This document shows, piece by piece, positions 9,191-18,437 of a stretch of 64,000 nucleotides of DNA; within the stretch, counting starts at the first letter, position 1; the number at the start of each line of letters is the position of its first letter. A program made the translations under genes and the position numbers. This DNA comes from a virus, in IMG/VR virus record IMGVR_UViG_3300035102_000507; one strand, written 5' to 3'. The notes under the pieces are model-generated. The model was given only the letters and a program-made list of their open reading frames with translations. It had not been told where the DNA came from and ran no database searches.

Positions 9191-9562
9191 CTAGATCACG
9201 AACAGGCCCACGCCGCGAAGCTGGGCGATGGCGGTTTTCTTCTCGGCTTCGGTGATGCCGTCGGGCCAGATCAGGCCGTCTTCAAGCATCTCGCCGTGGA
9301 TGTAGACGGGTGCCGCCTCGTCGCCGGCTGCGGGAACCGTGACGTCCATGGCCAGAACGCAGACAGCGGCATCGCTGCCGTCCGCGGCCGCCGGATCGAG
9401 CTGCACGTGTTTGTCCTCGGCGGTGATCACTCCGAGCACGGTGCCGGATTCGAGCGTGTACTCGGCTCCGGTGGACTTGAGCTGCACGCTGTCCATGATG
9501 GGCTGATGGTCGCCCACGAGCCTTCTGACAACGCGGGATATGGATTCGACGCCGTAGTTCAT
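9191..9562 (-). CDS. Head decoration protein, lambda gpD-like
   Basis: 123 aa; GTVLG..., A..VLA.D, VY..GE....LIWP motifs. Confidence 0.85.
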   Translation of the reverse strand: MNYGVESISRVVRRLVGDHQPIMDSVQLKSTGAEYTLESGTVLGVITAEDKHVQLDPAAADGSDAAVCVLAMDVTVPAAGDEAAPVYIHGEMLEDGLIWPDGITEAEKKTAIAQLRGVGLFVI

Positions 9563-9570
9563 GTCTCCTC

Positions 9571-10035
9571 CTAGCGGGTTGCGTGCTTGACCATGCGGTC
9601 GATACCGGCCTCGCGGGCCGCCTCTGCGTTGTCAGCGCGTGCGCCGCCCGGGTCCACGTTGTCCTGCATGGCGGCATGAAGGCCCTGCAGGATGGAGGCG
9701 CGAGAGTCTTCGGGCTGCTGCGCGTCCGGGTCCTGCTTGGCCGGATCTTCTCCGTTCTGCTGCGGCCCGTCTTTCTGTGGGATGACACCGAGCGCCGTGA
9801 CCTGTTCAGCGGTCAGGCCGGCTTCGACGCAGGCCTTGATGCGGGCGCTTGCCTTTTCGTCGAGCAGGGCTTCGACAATGCTCATGACGCGTTCGGTGGA
9901 ATCGGTGGCGGCCTTGGTCACCGCCTCGTCCAGCTCCTTGCGAACCTTGGCCTGTTCGTCCTGACTGACGCTGGCCACGATTTCGCGGACCGCCTCGGGG
10001 TATTCGGCCCGCAATTCCTTTGCCGTTTTGCTCAT
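9571..10035 (-). CDS. Nested in-frame scaffold protein (Nu3-like)
   Basis: Internal GGAGG RBS before ATG 10035 (MSKTAKELR), in frame with the protease. Confidence 0.6.
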   Translation of the reverse strand: MSKTAKELRAEYPEAVREIVASVSQDEQAKVRKELDEAVTKAATDSTERVMSIVEALLDEKASARIKACVEAGLTAEQVTALGVIPQKDGPQQNGEDPAKQDPDAQQPEDSRASILQGLHAAMQDNVDPGGARADNAEAAREAGIDRMVKHATR

Positions 10036-10833
10036 GGTCTCCTCCTTGATGAGTTTGATGAGCTGTTCCTTGGGCATGATGCCCTTCACCAGGCCGAGTC
10101 CGAGAGCGTCCTCAGCTCGGAAAACTTGTCCGTCCGCCCAGTCGTTCGCCTTTTCCGGGGCCAGCCCCATGTTCTGGGCGACGGTCTCCACGAACAGGCG
10201 GTAGTTGCCGTCAAGGCTGGCCTGCATGCAGTCGCGCGCTTTCTGGCTCAAGGGTTCATCGGGGTTGCCCAGCGCCTTGTATGCACCGGCGTGGAGCCAG
10301 GTGGGGGTGATGCCCACCTTGTCGTTGAACTTGCTCCAGTCCATGTGCAGGCGGAGCACGCCGATGGAGCCGACCGAGGCCGTGGGGGCGCTGGCGTAGA
10401 CGCGGCCGCCGGCGCTGCCCACCCAGTAGGCCGCGCTGGTCATCTGGCTGTTGGCCAGCGAGTAGACGGGTTTGACCGCGTTCGCTTCGCGAAGATATTC
10501 GCCAAGCTCGTACACCCCGGCCACGGTCCCGCCCGGGGAGTCCGTGTCGAGCAGAATGGCGTGGACGGAATCATCCCCCAGCGCCGCCGCAACGGACGCG
10601 CGAATGCCGCTGTACGACTGACGGAACCACGAGCGCGGCGAGAGGCTGCCCGTGACGGGGATCACGGCCACGCCGCCATCCACCTTGTAAGGCACCGTTT
10701 CCGCATCGCTTCCCGGAAAAACCAGCGATGCCGTTTCCTTGTCCCGGACGGCGTGCAGGACTCCGGCAAGAGCGTCTTCGGTGATGGCCCACGACGAGCC
10801 GAACAGGTCGGTGGGATCAGGCTGCATTGTCAT
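9571..10833 (-). CDS. S49 prohead protease / scaffold (lambda gpC-like)
   Basis: DSPGG, SAAYW and VGSIGV motifs; C-terminal scaffold-like region. Confidence 0.9.
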   Translation of the reverse strand: MTMQPDPTDLFGSSWAITEDALAGVLHAVRDKETASLVFPGSDAETVPYKVDGGVAVIPVTGSLSPRSWFRQSYSGIRASVAAALGDDSVHAILLDTDSPGGTVAGVYELGEYLREANAVKPVYSLANSQMTSAAYWVGSAGGRVYASAPTASVGSIGVLRLHMDWSKFNDKVGITPTWLHAGAYKALGNPDEPLSQKARDCMQASLDGNYRLFVETVAQNMGLAPEKANDWADGQVFRAEDALGLGLVKGIMPKEQLIKLIKEETMSKTAKELRAEYPEAVREIVASVSQDEQAKVRKELDEAVTKAATDSTERVMSIVEALLDEKASARIKACVEAGLTAEQVTALGVIPQKDGPQQNGEDPAKQDPDAQQPEDSRASILQGLHAAMQDNVDPGGARADNAEAAREAGIDRMVKHATR

Positions 10834-12292
10834 CTTCCTCCTTCAGACCGGCCTCATGGAGACGCTGTTTTTCGCGCTTGCGCTGGTCCACGGTGTCTTC
10901 CCAGTCCTGCCCCTGTTCGGCGGCCACGTCGGCCAGCGTGAAGATGCCGGCATCAAGGCCCTTGATGTAGGACACGACTTCCTTGACCGGATCCACGTAG
11001 CCCCGGGCCGGGCCGATCCAGCGGGCGCGCGTCCAGAGCTGACGGGCGTCGTAGAAGTCAGGACCGGAGCCGGTGGACCACATGCCGCGCAGGAAGGCCT
11101 CCTCGATCACGCAGTTCCAGCAGATCTGGGCGAAGTGGGCGCCGGCGTGGGCACGGTAGATCTGGAACATGCGCCACGCTTCGAGCATTGCGGCACGGGC
11201 GCTGGAATAGTTGGATTCGGAAAAGTCCTTGCTCAGGACCTCGTAGGGGATGTTCAGGCTGGCGCTCATGGCGCGCAGGACCACCTTGGAAAATTCCACG
11301 AAGTTGGGGCCGGGAATGTTGGAGGAAAGCGTGCGGGCGTCGTCGCCCGGGCGGCCATAGAGGACCTGTCCCGGGGCGTATTCCTGCACCAACGGATATT
11401 CCTCAGCTTCGAAATCCTGTTGACCGCCGAGTGCGGGCAGGGTCGGCGGACCGCTCTGGGACGAGATGAACACCGGGAATGATGCGGCGATGATCTGGCC
11501 GATGAGGCTGTAGTCCAGTGCCGTGTCAAGCTGACGATGCAGTTTTGCGCCAGAGGAAAACACGCTGCGGCCTCGGTACATCTCCGGCTGGGTGTAGCGG
11601 TAGCAGTGGATGAATCCGGGCCAGTGCCCGCGCCGGGCCGGAACCCGCTCGAAGTCCGGCGAGCTCAGGGTGGCGGCGGGCGTGCCTTTGGGCGGGTTGC
11701 CTACCCAGTACGCCACCGGACGGCCGTCGTCGTCGATCTCCACGCCGTCGATGATGTCGGTTCGCGTCTGCATGTTTGCGGGCGTCGCCACGCGCTGAGG
11801 GTGCAGGTCGAGCAGGCAGAACCCGAAGGTCCTGCCGGGCGCCTTGGACATGCGCGGCAGGAAAACGGAGTCGCCGAGCGACAGCATGGTGGAGATGTTC
11901 ATGAACTGCAGGTCGCCGAACGTGGCGAGTCCGCGGCTGTGGGATTCGGTCTGCCACAGCTCGAACGCGGCTTCCATGTCGGCCTGGATCTGCATGGCCT
12001 CGTCTTCGGGGATGCCGAGCAGGCGGTAGGGGAGGGAGGACTGTGCCCGCAGCCCCCGGCCGATCACGTTGGCGGCTGTGGACTCGATGGCTCCGGCCGC
12101 GAACGGATCCGACTCGACGAGCTCCTCGGCCCGGCGCTGGATCAGGCTGCGTTCCGTAGCCTCTTCATGGGGGGAAATAACTTGATGCGGCGCCCAGCCT
12201 GTGTATCCCGTACCGTAGCGACCTGCGGGACGACGAACCGGACGGCGGCCGCGCGGTCGAATTGCGGGAGATTTCAGCTTGCGAAAGCTCAT
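10817..12292 (-). CDS. Portal protein, lambda family
   Basis: 491 aa; N.IG.GL, SESNYSSARAA, W..P....VDP.KE motifs. Confidence 0.92.
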   Translation of the reverse strand: MSFRKLKSPAIRPRGRRPVRRPAGRYGTGYTGWAPHQVISPHEEATERSLIQRRAEELVESDPFAAGAIESTAANVIGRGLRAQSSLPYRLLGIPEDEAMQIQADMEAAFELWQTESHSRGLATFGDLQFMNISTMLSLGDSVFLPRMSKAPGRTFGFCLLDLHPQRVATPANMQTRTDIIDGVEIDDDGRPVAYWVGNPPKGTPAATLSSPDFERVPARRGHWPGFIHCYRYTQPEMYRGRSVFSSGAKLHRQLDTALDYSLIGQIIAASFPVFISSQSGPPTLPALGGQQDFEAEEYPLVQEYAPGQVLYGRPGDDARTLSSNIPGPNFVEFSKVVLRAMSASLNIPYEVLSKDFSESNYSSARAAMLEAWRMFQIYRAHAGAHFAQICWNCVIEEAFLRGMWSTGSGPDFYDARQLWTRARWIGPARGYVDPVKEVVSYIKGLDAGIFTLADVAAEQGQDWEDTVDQRKREKQRLHEAGLKEEDDNAA

Positions 12293-12513
12293 CGCACGGG
12301 CCTCCCCGCAACGATGGTCAATCCGCCGGGCTTGCCGTCGAGCTTGTTCAGCTCGTCCTCGGCATAGTCGAGCATACTGCGCAGCGCTCGGATGCTGGCC
12401 AGCGTGTAGCTCTCGCCCTCGATCTCCACGGTCTGACCCGCCGCCACGCGCCTGAGTGCGCTCTTGTAGACGCCGATCAGCTCAACGAGTTCCTGTCTGG
12501 TCCATACGCTCAT
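12289..12513 (-). CDS. Head-tail joining protein gpW-like
   Basis: 74 aa just upstream of the portal with a 4-bp overlap; GQTV.I.GE.YT.A motif. Confidence 0.8.
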   Translation of the reverse strand: MSVWTRQELVELIGVYKSALRRVAAGQTVEIEGESYTLASIRALRSMLDYAEDELNKLDGKPGGLTIVAGRPVR

Positions 12514-12548
12514 GCCCCGGAGCTTGATGCTCGCGGCCTGTGATTGTC

Positions 12549-12575
12549 ACGGAACAGACGGAACAGACGGAACAG
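12549..12575. repeat. Tandem 9-bp repeat (ACGGAACAG)x3 plus a partial fourth copy
   Basis: Read directly at 12549-12575; about 36 bp upstream of the gpW ATG. Confidence 0.9.
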
Positions 12576-12580
12576 AACGG

Positions 12581-12625
12581 AAAAATATTCGGGGCTGACA
12601 TGGATATCCATGTCAGCCCCGAATA
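12581..12625 (-). terminator. Perfect 40-bp palindrome plus U-tract ending the ktr operon
   Basis: TATTCGGGGCTGACATGGAT|ATCCATGTCAGCCCCGAATA at 12586-12625, followed by TTTTT on the minus strand. Confidence 0.7.
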
Positions 12626-12656
12626 GTATGTCAGGTTGAAGGAGAACGCGTGCTCA

Positions 12657-13307
12657 TCAAAGCTCAAGAACATCTCTGGCATGCCCGAGTATGATGAGAA
12701 CATCACCATCGCAAAGGGGTCTGCTGGCGTCCGGTACAAAGCTAAAATGACCTTCACCACAATACTTAATCGCCACCACCTGAACATTGTGTTTGTTGGT
12801 CAAGTTTAAATCGACCAGTGTTCGTCCAGCCCACTTTGTGACAACCAGCTCCCGCGTCAGGACATCCTCACCCAAGTCCAAATAATCCATTATGCCGGGA
12901 ACTGCCAGCTTGTGGGCAATCTGCTTTGCGACAAATTCCTCGGGAAAGACGACAAAGCTGACCCCAAGGCGCTGAAGAACTTTTTCATGCTGTGCGCTGA
13001 CAACTTTAACCCAAATATTGTCAACACCAAGCTCTTGCAGGTTCAAAACGGTTAGTATGCTGGCTTCCATTGATTTCCCAATGGATACGATTACTTGATC
13101 AAGTTCGTTGAAGCCAAGTTGTTTCAGTACGGCTATGTCGGTCCCGTCCGCTTGGTAGACCTGAGGCATGATGTTTCGTACTTTTTGAACATTTGATTCA
13201 TGTCTATCGATGGCGATGACCTCTTGCTTGAGGTTGAGAAGCGTTTCCGCAAGTGCACCGCCAAATTTTCCAAGTCCGATGATTCCGATTTGTTTCATCC
13301 TACTCAT
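12657..13307 (-). CDS. ktrA: Ktr/Trk potassium uptake regulatory subunit (RCK_N + RCK_C)
   Basis: IGIIGLGKFG Rossmann motif, AID, QADGT, PE...A; AAGGA RBS before ATG 13307. Confidence 0.9.
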   Translation of the reverse strand: MSRMKQIGIIGLGKFGGALAETLLNLKQEVIAIDRHESNVQKVRNIMPQVYQADGTDIAVLKQLGFNELDQVIVSIGKSMEASILTVLNLQELGVDNIWVKVVSAQHEKVLQRLGVSFVVFPEEFVAKQIAHKLAVPGIMDYLDLGEDVLTRELVVTKWAGRTLVDLNLTNKHNVQVVAIKYCGEGHFSFVPDASRPLCDGDVLIILGHARDVLEL

Positions 13308-13320
13308 GTGGCATCCTTGA

Positions 13321-14682
13321 TTAGCCCAAAGGCAGGCTGTCCTGAGGCAAACGATATTTTGGGAAAGACTGCCAGCTCTGCAATGCCGCCAGCATCCACA
13401 CTGGACCAAGACGGCCGACGAACATCAAAACTATCAGGACACCCTTGCCAAAGCTGGAGAGAGTGTCCGTGATCCCCGTCGAAAGCCCTACCGTTCCAAA
13501 TGCGGATACGACTTCGAACAGGGTGTCGAGGAAATGCCCTCTAACCATACTATGAGGCATGTCTCCCCCTTCGCTCACTTCAAGCAAAAGCACAGCCCCC
13601 GCCACAAGTGCCAAGGCAAAAATTAAGAGTGTTAAGGCTCTGTTCAGGGAAGCCGCGTCAAGGGCGAAGCGCCCGATTCTCGCCTGAGAGCCGCCACGAA
13701 CCTGTGATACGATAAATGCAAAGATTGCCCGGAAGGTGGTGGTCTTGATGCCGCCGGCGCACGACCCCGGAGAACCGCCTATGAACATGAATGCCAGCAT
13801 GAAAACAAGAGTGACATTGGTAAGACCGCCGATGTCAACGGTGTTGAACCCTGCTGTCCTGCAGGTCACTGAATTGAAGAAGGCAACAAGCATTTGGGTT
13901 GAAATGTCCAAGTCGTTTTGGCCGCCATTGTGCTCCGCCAAAAAGAATATGACTGCGCCTCCCAAAAGAAGAAATGCTGTTGTTTTCAGGACAACACTCG
14001 TGTGCCAACTGAAGAAGTAGGCCCCTGTCCTTGGTTTTCTCCCGGAAAGAATACCAATGGCCTTGGAAGATACTTCGTGAAGGACATAAAACCCCAGGCC
14101 TCCAAGAATGATCAGTAGCATGAAAACGGTATTTACAGACCAGTCTGCCTGCCACTGTGTAAGGCTGTCCGGCTGTAGCGCAAATCCGGCATTGCAAAAG
14201 GCACTGACAGAATGAAATGCCGCCGACCAGACGGAAAAATTGGCGTCGGTAAGAAAATATAGGCAGGCCGCGCCAGCCAGTTCCAGGCCGAATGCCCCGA
14301 GGACTATCCTCAGCAGAAAGGATTTCAGGCTGAAGCCGGGGTCATGAAGGAGGGTGTTACTGACAGCCATCCGGTCTGCCAGTGAAACATGTCTGCCAAG
14401 AAGGTACATGACCAAGCTGGTGTAAGTCATGACGCCAAGCCCACCAAGCTGGATCAGAATCAAAATGACTGCTTGGCCGTATTGGGAAAAAACGCTCCCG
14501 GTATCCACAACGATAAGCCCGGTAACGCACATCGCTGACGTGGCCGTAAAAAGGCTGTCCAACCATGACAACTCGGCTCCGGGATGGGCCGCGTCAGCGT
14601 GAAGCAGCACGGTTCCAAGCAGTATCCCGGCAAGGAAGAAATATATGGGCAACCAGAACGGCTGAAGCGGTTTGAAGCGCAT
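13321..14682 (-). CDS. ktrB: Ktr/Trk potassium uptake membrane subunit
   Basis: Four pore-loop motifs: TSAMCVTGL, SAFCNAGF, TCRTAGF, SAFGTVGLS; LMFVGRLG near the C-terminus. Confidence 0.92.
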   Translation of the reverse strand: MRFKPLQPFWLPIYFFLAGILLGTVLLHADAAHPGAELSWLDSLFTATSAMCVTGLIVVDTGSVFSQYGQAVILILIQLGGLGVMTYTSLVMYLLGRHVSLADRMAVSNTLLHDPGFSLKSFLLRIVLGAFGLELAGAACLYFLTDANFSVWSAAFHSVSAFCNAGFALQPDSLTQWQADWSVNTVFMLLIILGGLGFYVLHEVSSKAIGILSGRKPRTGAYFFSWHTSVVLKTTAFLLLGGAVIFFLAEHNGGQNDLDISTQMLVAFFNSVTCRTAGFNTVDIGGLTNVTLVFMLAFMFIGGSPGSCAGGIKTTTFRAIFAFIVSQVRGGSQARIGRFALDAASLNRALTLLIFALALVAGAVLLLEVSEGGDMPHSMVRGHFLDTLFEVVSAFGTVGLSTGITDTLSSFGKGVLIVLMFVGRLGPVWMLAALQSWQSFPKYRLPQDSLPLG

Positions 14683-14779
14683 GCGGCGAGTTCTACGCCG
14701 TAGGCCTGCCGCTTGCAAGTTCTAAATTACCGGTTGTTCGGCAGCGAAGGCACGGCTCGGACCGTGTTGTATGTGATAG

Positions 14780-14977
14780 TTAGTCTTCAGACATTTGCTG
14801 TCTGGATTTCTCCATAAATGTCTGGATGTCGGAAAGAGGAACTCGGATCCCGCGAGGGCCGACTCGGAAAGCCTTGGGGAATTCCCCTTTGTTGATGAGT
14901 TCATAAAACGTTGTCTTGCCGATGTTCAACATCTTGCAGACCGTCTTGTAGTTCAGAGCCGGATCCTCGTGCGTCAT
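14780..14977 (-). CDS. AlpA/Xis-family winged-HTH protein
   Basis: 65 aa, MTHEDPALNYKTVCKMLNIGKTTFYELINKGEFPKAFRVGPRGIRVPLSDI; GAGGT RBS. Confidence 0.85.
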   Translation of the reverse strand: MTHEDPALNYKTVCKMLNIGKTTFYELINKGEFPKAFRVGPRGIRVPLSDIQTFMEKSRQQMSED

Positions 14978-14979
14978 GA

Positions 14980-16965
14980 TTACCTCGAAAACCAGGTTGG
15001 GCGCGTCCCCACCAGAGAACCTTGTCTGGCCGGGCGGGCTGTGGGTTGTTTGGGGGCGGAGCCGGGCCGCTTGAGGAAGGGACCGCCGAGCGCATACCAT
15101 GCGGCCCTCGCGTACACCTCGCAGTCCCAGTAATGGTTGTCCTTGTGGTCCGGACAGAGCCAGACGCGCTTTTCCTCGTCGAACCATTCCGCGCAGAGCT
15201 GCTGGGCGTAGTCCTGAGACGTGTCCGCGTGCAGGTGGAACATGCCCGGATCGCCCGGTTCGATGGCCATGGCCGCAGCGAGGTCGTTCTTGAAAAAGGT
15301 CGTGTCGATCTGCATGAGGCTCAGTCCGCCCGGGATGCGGCTCTTGGTGCCGGGGTAGTATTCGATGTCCGAATACTTGACCGGCGTGGCCGCCAGATAC
15401 TGCTTGCCCTGAATGGGCATGATCTTGCCCCGGTGCCCGGCGCAATACTGGTAGACTTCGCGCGTCCGGTCTCCCATGGCATCGATGAGCGTCAGCCGGA
15501 TGGGGTGCACGTTGCCGTCGGCGTCCCGGTATTCCGAGCCCCAGAGCACGGACGTCAGGTCCTCGAAGGTAACGACCTGACCGGCACGCACCAGCCAGCT
15601 CTCCCAGTTCTCTCCGTAGGCAAACGCGCGTATGGAGTAGTAGAAACCGCGCTTCTGGGTATCCACGCCGGCCACGAGCCCGGCGATCAACGACCGTTCG
15701 CCTTCGGGCGTGGCGGGCACGCGGCCGCGTGGACGGCTGTCGCACAGTGCCAGTATGCGGTCTTCGTCGCGCTGGATCTCGTACTCCTGCCACGGCTCCG
15801 CCTTGATGGCGTTCATGAAGTGACGCAGGTGGGCCATGCGCTGCCGGTTCTTCTTGTCGTTTCCCTTGAGGAACCAGTAGACGCATTCGGACAGGGAGAC
15901 GAAGGTCGAAAGCCACGCCGGGATATGGAACGCCACGGACTTGGGTTCGGCCTGCCGCAGATGCTGCGCCAGTTCCATGCCCGTGGACTGCTCTCGCCAC
16001 TGCCCGGCGCGCACCGCGCGGTCGCGCGCCGAGTCATCCCAGAATCCGCCGCAGTGGGGACATTCGTACCAGGCAAGGGCCTTGTTCTTGATGACTTCGG
16101 GGTTCCGCTCGTCTTCGGGAAATTTGATCTGGTCGAAGGCCATGACATGGAACATGCCGCACTCGGGACAGCGCACCCAGAACTCGAAGCGGGCCACCGC
16201 GTTGTTCCACGCCAGCCAGATCGGCCCGTCCTCGGTGGTCGGGGTGCTGATGCGCCAAACCTTCTTGTTGTAGCGATAGGTCGTGGTGCGGGCCAGCGCC
16301 AGCGATATGGGGTCGGCCTCGTCCTTGCTGGTCAGGCGCGGATACTTGTCCACTTCATCCAGCACGAGATAGCGGATAGGGCGGTTCCCGAGTCGGGATA
16401 CCGACCGCGCCCATGCCATGTAGAGCGGCATGCCCACGAGCTTGAGCTTGATCCCGGTCTTGTCGTTGTCGCTGCCGGACAGCAGGTCGCGGAGCTCCGG
16501 GGATTCCTCGAACATGGGGGTGATGCGTTCGCGGTTGTTGTCCTTGGCCGTTTCAATGTCGGGATAGACGAACATGCCAGGGCCCGGGTCGAAGCTGGAG
16601 GCGTAGCCGATGCAGTTGTTGACGAACTCCGAACCGCCGACCTGAGGGGACTTGATGACGGCCACGTCCTGTACCGCCGGGTGAAAACTCGATTCCATGA
16701 TGCCCGTCAGGTAGGGCGTGCGCGAGTTGCGCCACGGTCCCGGCTTCGAGCTCATCGACAGGACGCGGGCGTGCTCGACCCACTTGCTGATGGGTTCGCG
16801 CCGACGCTTGCGCATGACCTTTCGCACCTGATGCCCGAGCCCGAATCGGTGGCGCTGCGCCTCAAGGCACAGGGTCCGCACGGACTCGGGCAACCAATCG
16901 GGCGGAGTGACGCGCACCCGGCGGACCTTGTTCTTCTGCTTCTGCGGGGGGACGGGTTTAAGCAT
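14980..16965 (-). CDS. Terminase large subunit, lambda GpA family
   Basis: KSPQVGGSE Walker A, LVLDEVD Walker B, ISTPT, CPECG..CPHC zinc motif, GVDTQ, NHYWDC. Confidence 0.95.
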   Translation of the reverse strand: MLKPVPPQKQKNKVRRVRVTPPDWLPESVRTLCLEAQRHRFGLGHQVRKVMRKRRREPISKWVEHARVLSMSSKPGPWRNSRTPYLTGIMESSFHPAVQDVAVIKSPQVGGSEFVNNCIGYASSFDPGPGMFVYPDIETAKDNNRERITPMFEESPELRDLLSGSDNDKTGIKLKLVGMPLYMAWARSVSRLGNRPIRYLVLDEVDKYPRLTSKDEADPISLALARTTTYRYNKKVWRISTPTTEDGPIWLAWNNAVARFEFWVRCPECGMFHVMAFDQIKFPEDERNPEVIKNKALAWYECPHCGGFWDDSARDRAVRAGQWREQSTGMELAQHLRQAEPKSVAFHIPAWLSTFVSLSECVYWFLKGNDKKNRQRMAHLRHFMNAIKAEPWQEYEIQRDEDRILALCDSRPRGRVPATPEGERSLIAGLVAGVDTQKRGFYYSIRAFAYGENWESWLVRAGQVVTFEDLTSVLWGSEYRDADGNVHPIRLTLIDAMGDRTREVYQYCAGHRGKIMPIQGKQYLAATPVKYSDIEYYPGTKSRIPGGLSLMQIDTTFFKNDLAAAMAIEPGDPGMFHLHADTSQDYAQQLCAEWFDEEKRVWLCPDHKDNHYWDCEVYARAAWYALGGPFLKRPGSAPKQPTARPARQGSLVGTRPTWFSR

Positions 16966-17497
16966 CGCTGAAAATCACCTCCAGACTGCCGCTTGTGGCC
17001 AGCTGCGTCAGTTCCTCGTCAAGGATGGAGTCCAGCAGCTTCTTCAATTCGTGCTCACGTTCAGGGTCTCCCCGGACCGCCTCGATGAGTCGGGTCGCGT
17101 CGTCCTGAAAACGTTGCTTCACCAGCGACTTGATGGCGGTGACCACGCCTGCCATTTCCAGATAATGGTCCTCGCGGGGGATGTGCTTGCCTTCTAGAAT
17201 CTCCAGTTCGCGCGCCTCTCTCTGTTGCCGCTGCTCCTCTCGGAGCGTGCTGGCGATGAGCTTGCGCTGCTGCCATTCGTCCACCGGAAAATCGTCCGCC
17301 TCCTTCTCGGGAGGGACGTCAAGAGACTTGAGGGTGGTGGCGTACTGGCGCAGCGAGGCGGGGGGGATGGTATTGTCCGGCAGGACCTCCACGGTCCCGG
17401 CATTACAGTCCTTGTAGAACTTGGACTTTCCTATCTTGTAGCGGGAGCTCAGCCAGCGAAGAGCCTCGGCCTTGGTGAGGTGATCCGGTATGTCCAT
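16958..17497 (-). CDS. Terminase small subunit
   Basis: 179 aa overlapping the GpA start; N-terminal HTH-like and coiled-coil regions. Confidence 0.75.
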   Translation of the reverse strand: MDIPDHLTKAEALRWLSSRYKIGKSKFYKDCNAGTVEVLPDNTIPPASLRQYATTLKSLDVPPEKEADDFPVDEWQQRKLIASTLREEQRQQREARELEILEGKHIPREDHYLEMAGVVTAIKSLVKQRFQDDATRLIEAVRGDPEREHELKKLLDSILDEELTQLATSGSLEVIFSDA

Positions 17498-17576
17498 GCG
17501 TCACTCCTTGGGTTCTTCGCGATTCATAGCGGCTGGTCGGTCTGAGACTCAACCTTTCTGCGTATCTGTCGTGAAG

Positions 17577-17614
17577 AAAACAAAAGGCCGGCGACGCAGG
17601 AAGCGTCACCGGCC
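17577..17614 (-). terminator. Intrinsic terminator after the BRO gene
   Basis: GGCCGGTGACGC-TTCCT-GCGTCGCCGGCC followed by TTTTGTTTT on the minus strand. Confidence 0.8.
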
Positions 17615-17642
17615 TGTGAAGGCGTGGGTATGAATTCGGCGG

Positions 17643-18437
17643 TCAACCGCCACCGGCGGTGGGAACGAGGTTGTAGAATACGCGGCTGGTTGGCGAAACC
17701 TGCACCACGCCGGGCACCCGCTTGAGGTGACGCCCGAAGGTGTTGTGGCTTGGAACAGCGTCATGCTCAATGCCCTGTTCCTCACGACACCAGTCAACAA
17801 ACCGTTTGTACAGGTGGATGGCCTGAGTCTTGAGTCGTCGCGGCATGGTGCCTCGGACGACGTCTACCACCTCGTAATGTGCGGCTATGAACTCTCGCAC
17901 CAGTTCCCCCGGACCGTCCGACGTGCCATGGGGTTCTCCGGCGGGATCGCTCTTGGCGCTGAACAGGTGGCAGAACTCGGCGTACAGGCGTTTCACGTCG
18001 TCTTCGCAGCCATCGCCGAGCTTGGCGGTCTGCACGGCGGTATGCATGGCCTGAGCGCGAAGCGCTGGTTTGAGTCGCAATGACGCGCAGGGGATGGCTC
18101 CCGCGTGACCGGCAGCTTCGTATCGCCCCTGTCTGCGGATGGCCGGGAGCACCTCGGAAGTGACCCACTTGCGGAAGCGCCTTGCTTCAGGCTTGCGGGA
18201 GCGAAAAACCAAGCCATAAAGCCCAGACTCGGAAATGATGTTCACTTCCTGCCTTCCACCAAGGGTGTCGGTATTACCGACCCCCTTTTCATCATCGTCT
18301 AAACGTGAAAGAGCATCGCGTGGATTACCAATATCAAGCACCCCACAAATATCCTTCGCCACGAACCACGGCTCGTCTTCGCGCATGACCACCCGCACCG
18401 CGTCGCCGTCAAAATCGAACGGAATCACGCTACTCAT
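17643..18437 (-). CDS. BRO-N domain antirepressor
   Basis: F.FDG..VRVV...EPWFVAKD.C.VL, ISESGLY.L.FRSRKPEA..F.KWVTSEVLP.IR. Confidence 0.9.
   Translation of the reverse strand: MSSVIPFDFDGDAVRVVMREDEPWFVAKDICGVLDIGNPRDALSRLDDDEKGVGNTDTLGGRQEVNIISESGLYGLVFRSRKPEARRFRKWVTSEVLPAIRRQGRYEAAGHAGAIPCASLRLKPALRAQAMHTAVQTAKLGDGCEDDVKRLYAEFCHLFSAKSDPAGEPHGTSDGPGELVREFIAAHYEVVDVVRGTMPRRLKTQAIHLYKRFVDWCREEQGIEHDAVPSHNTFGRHLKRVPGVVQVSPTSRVFYNLVPTAGGG

Noticed and set aside
14683-14779. c-di-AMP (ydaO) or other riboswitch upstream of ktrB
   Set aside because: Under 100 nt and no recognisable consensus; a covariance search would be needed to exclude it fully.
12540-14780. IS or transposon carrying ktrAB
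   Set aside because: No transposase, and no matching terminal inverted repeats or target duplication seen at the two ends.
14780-16000. 406-aa ORF suggesting an AlpA fusion
   Set aside because: The upstream part is an off-frame shadow of the terminase gene; AlpA has its own GAGGT RBS and ATG at 14977.
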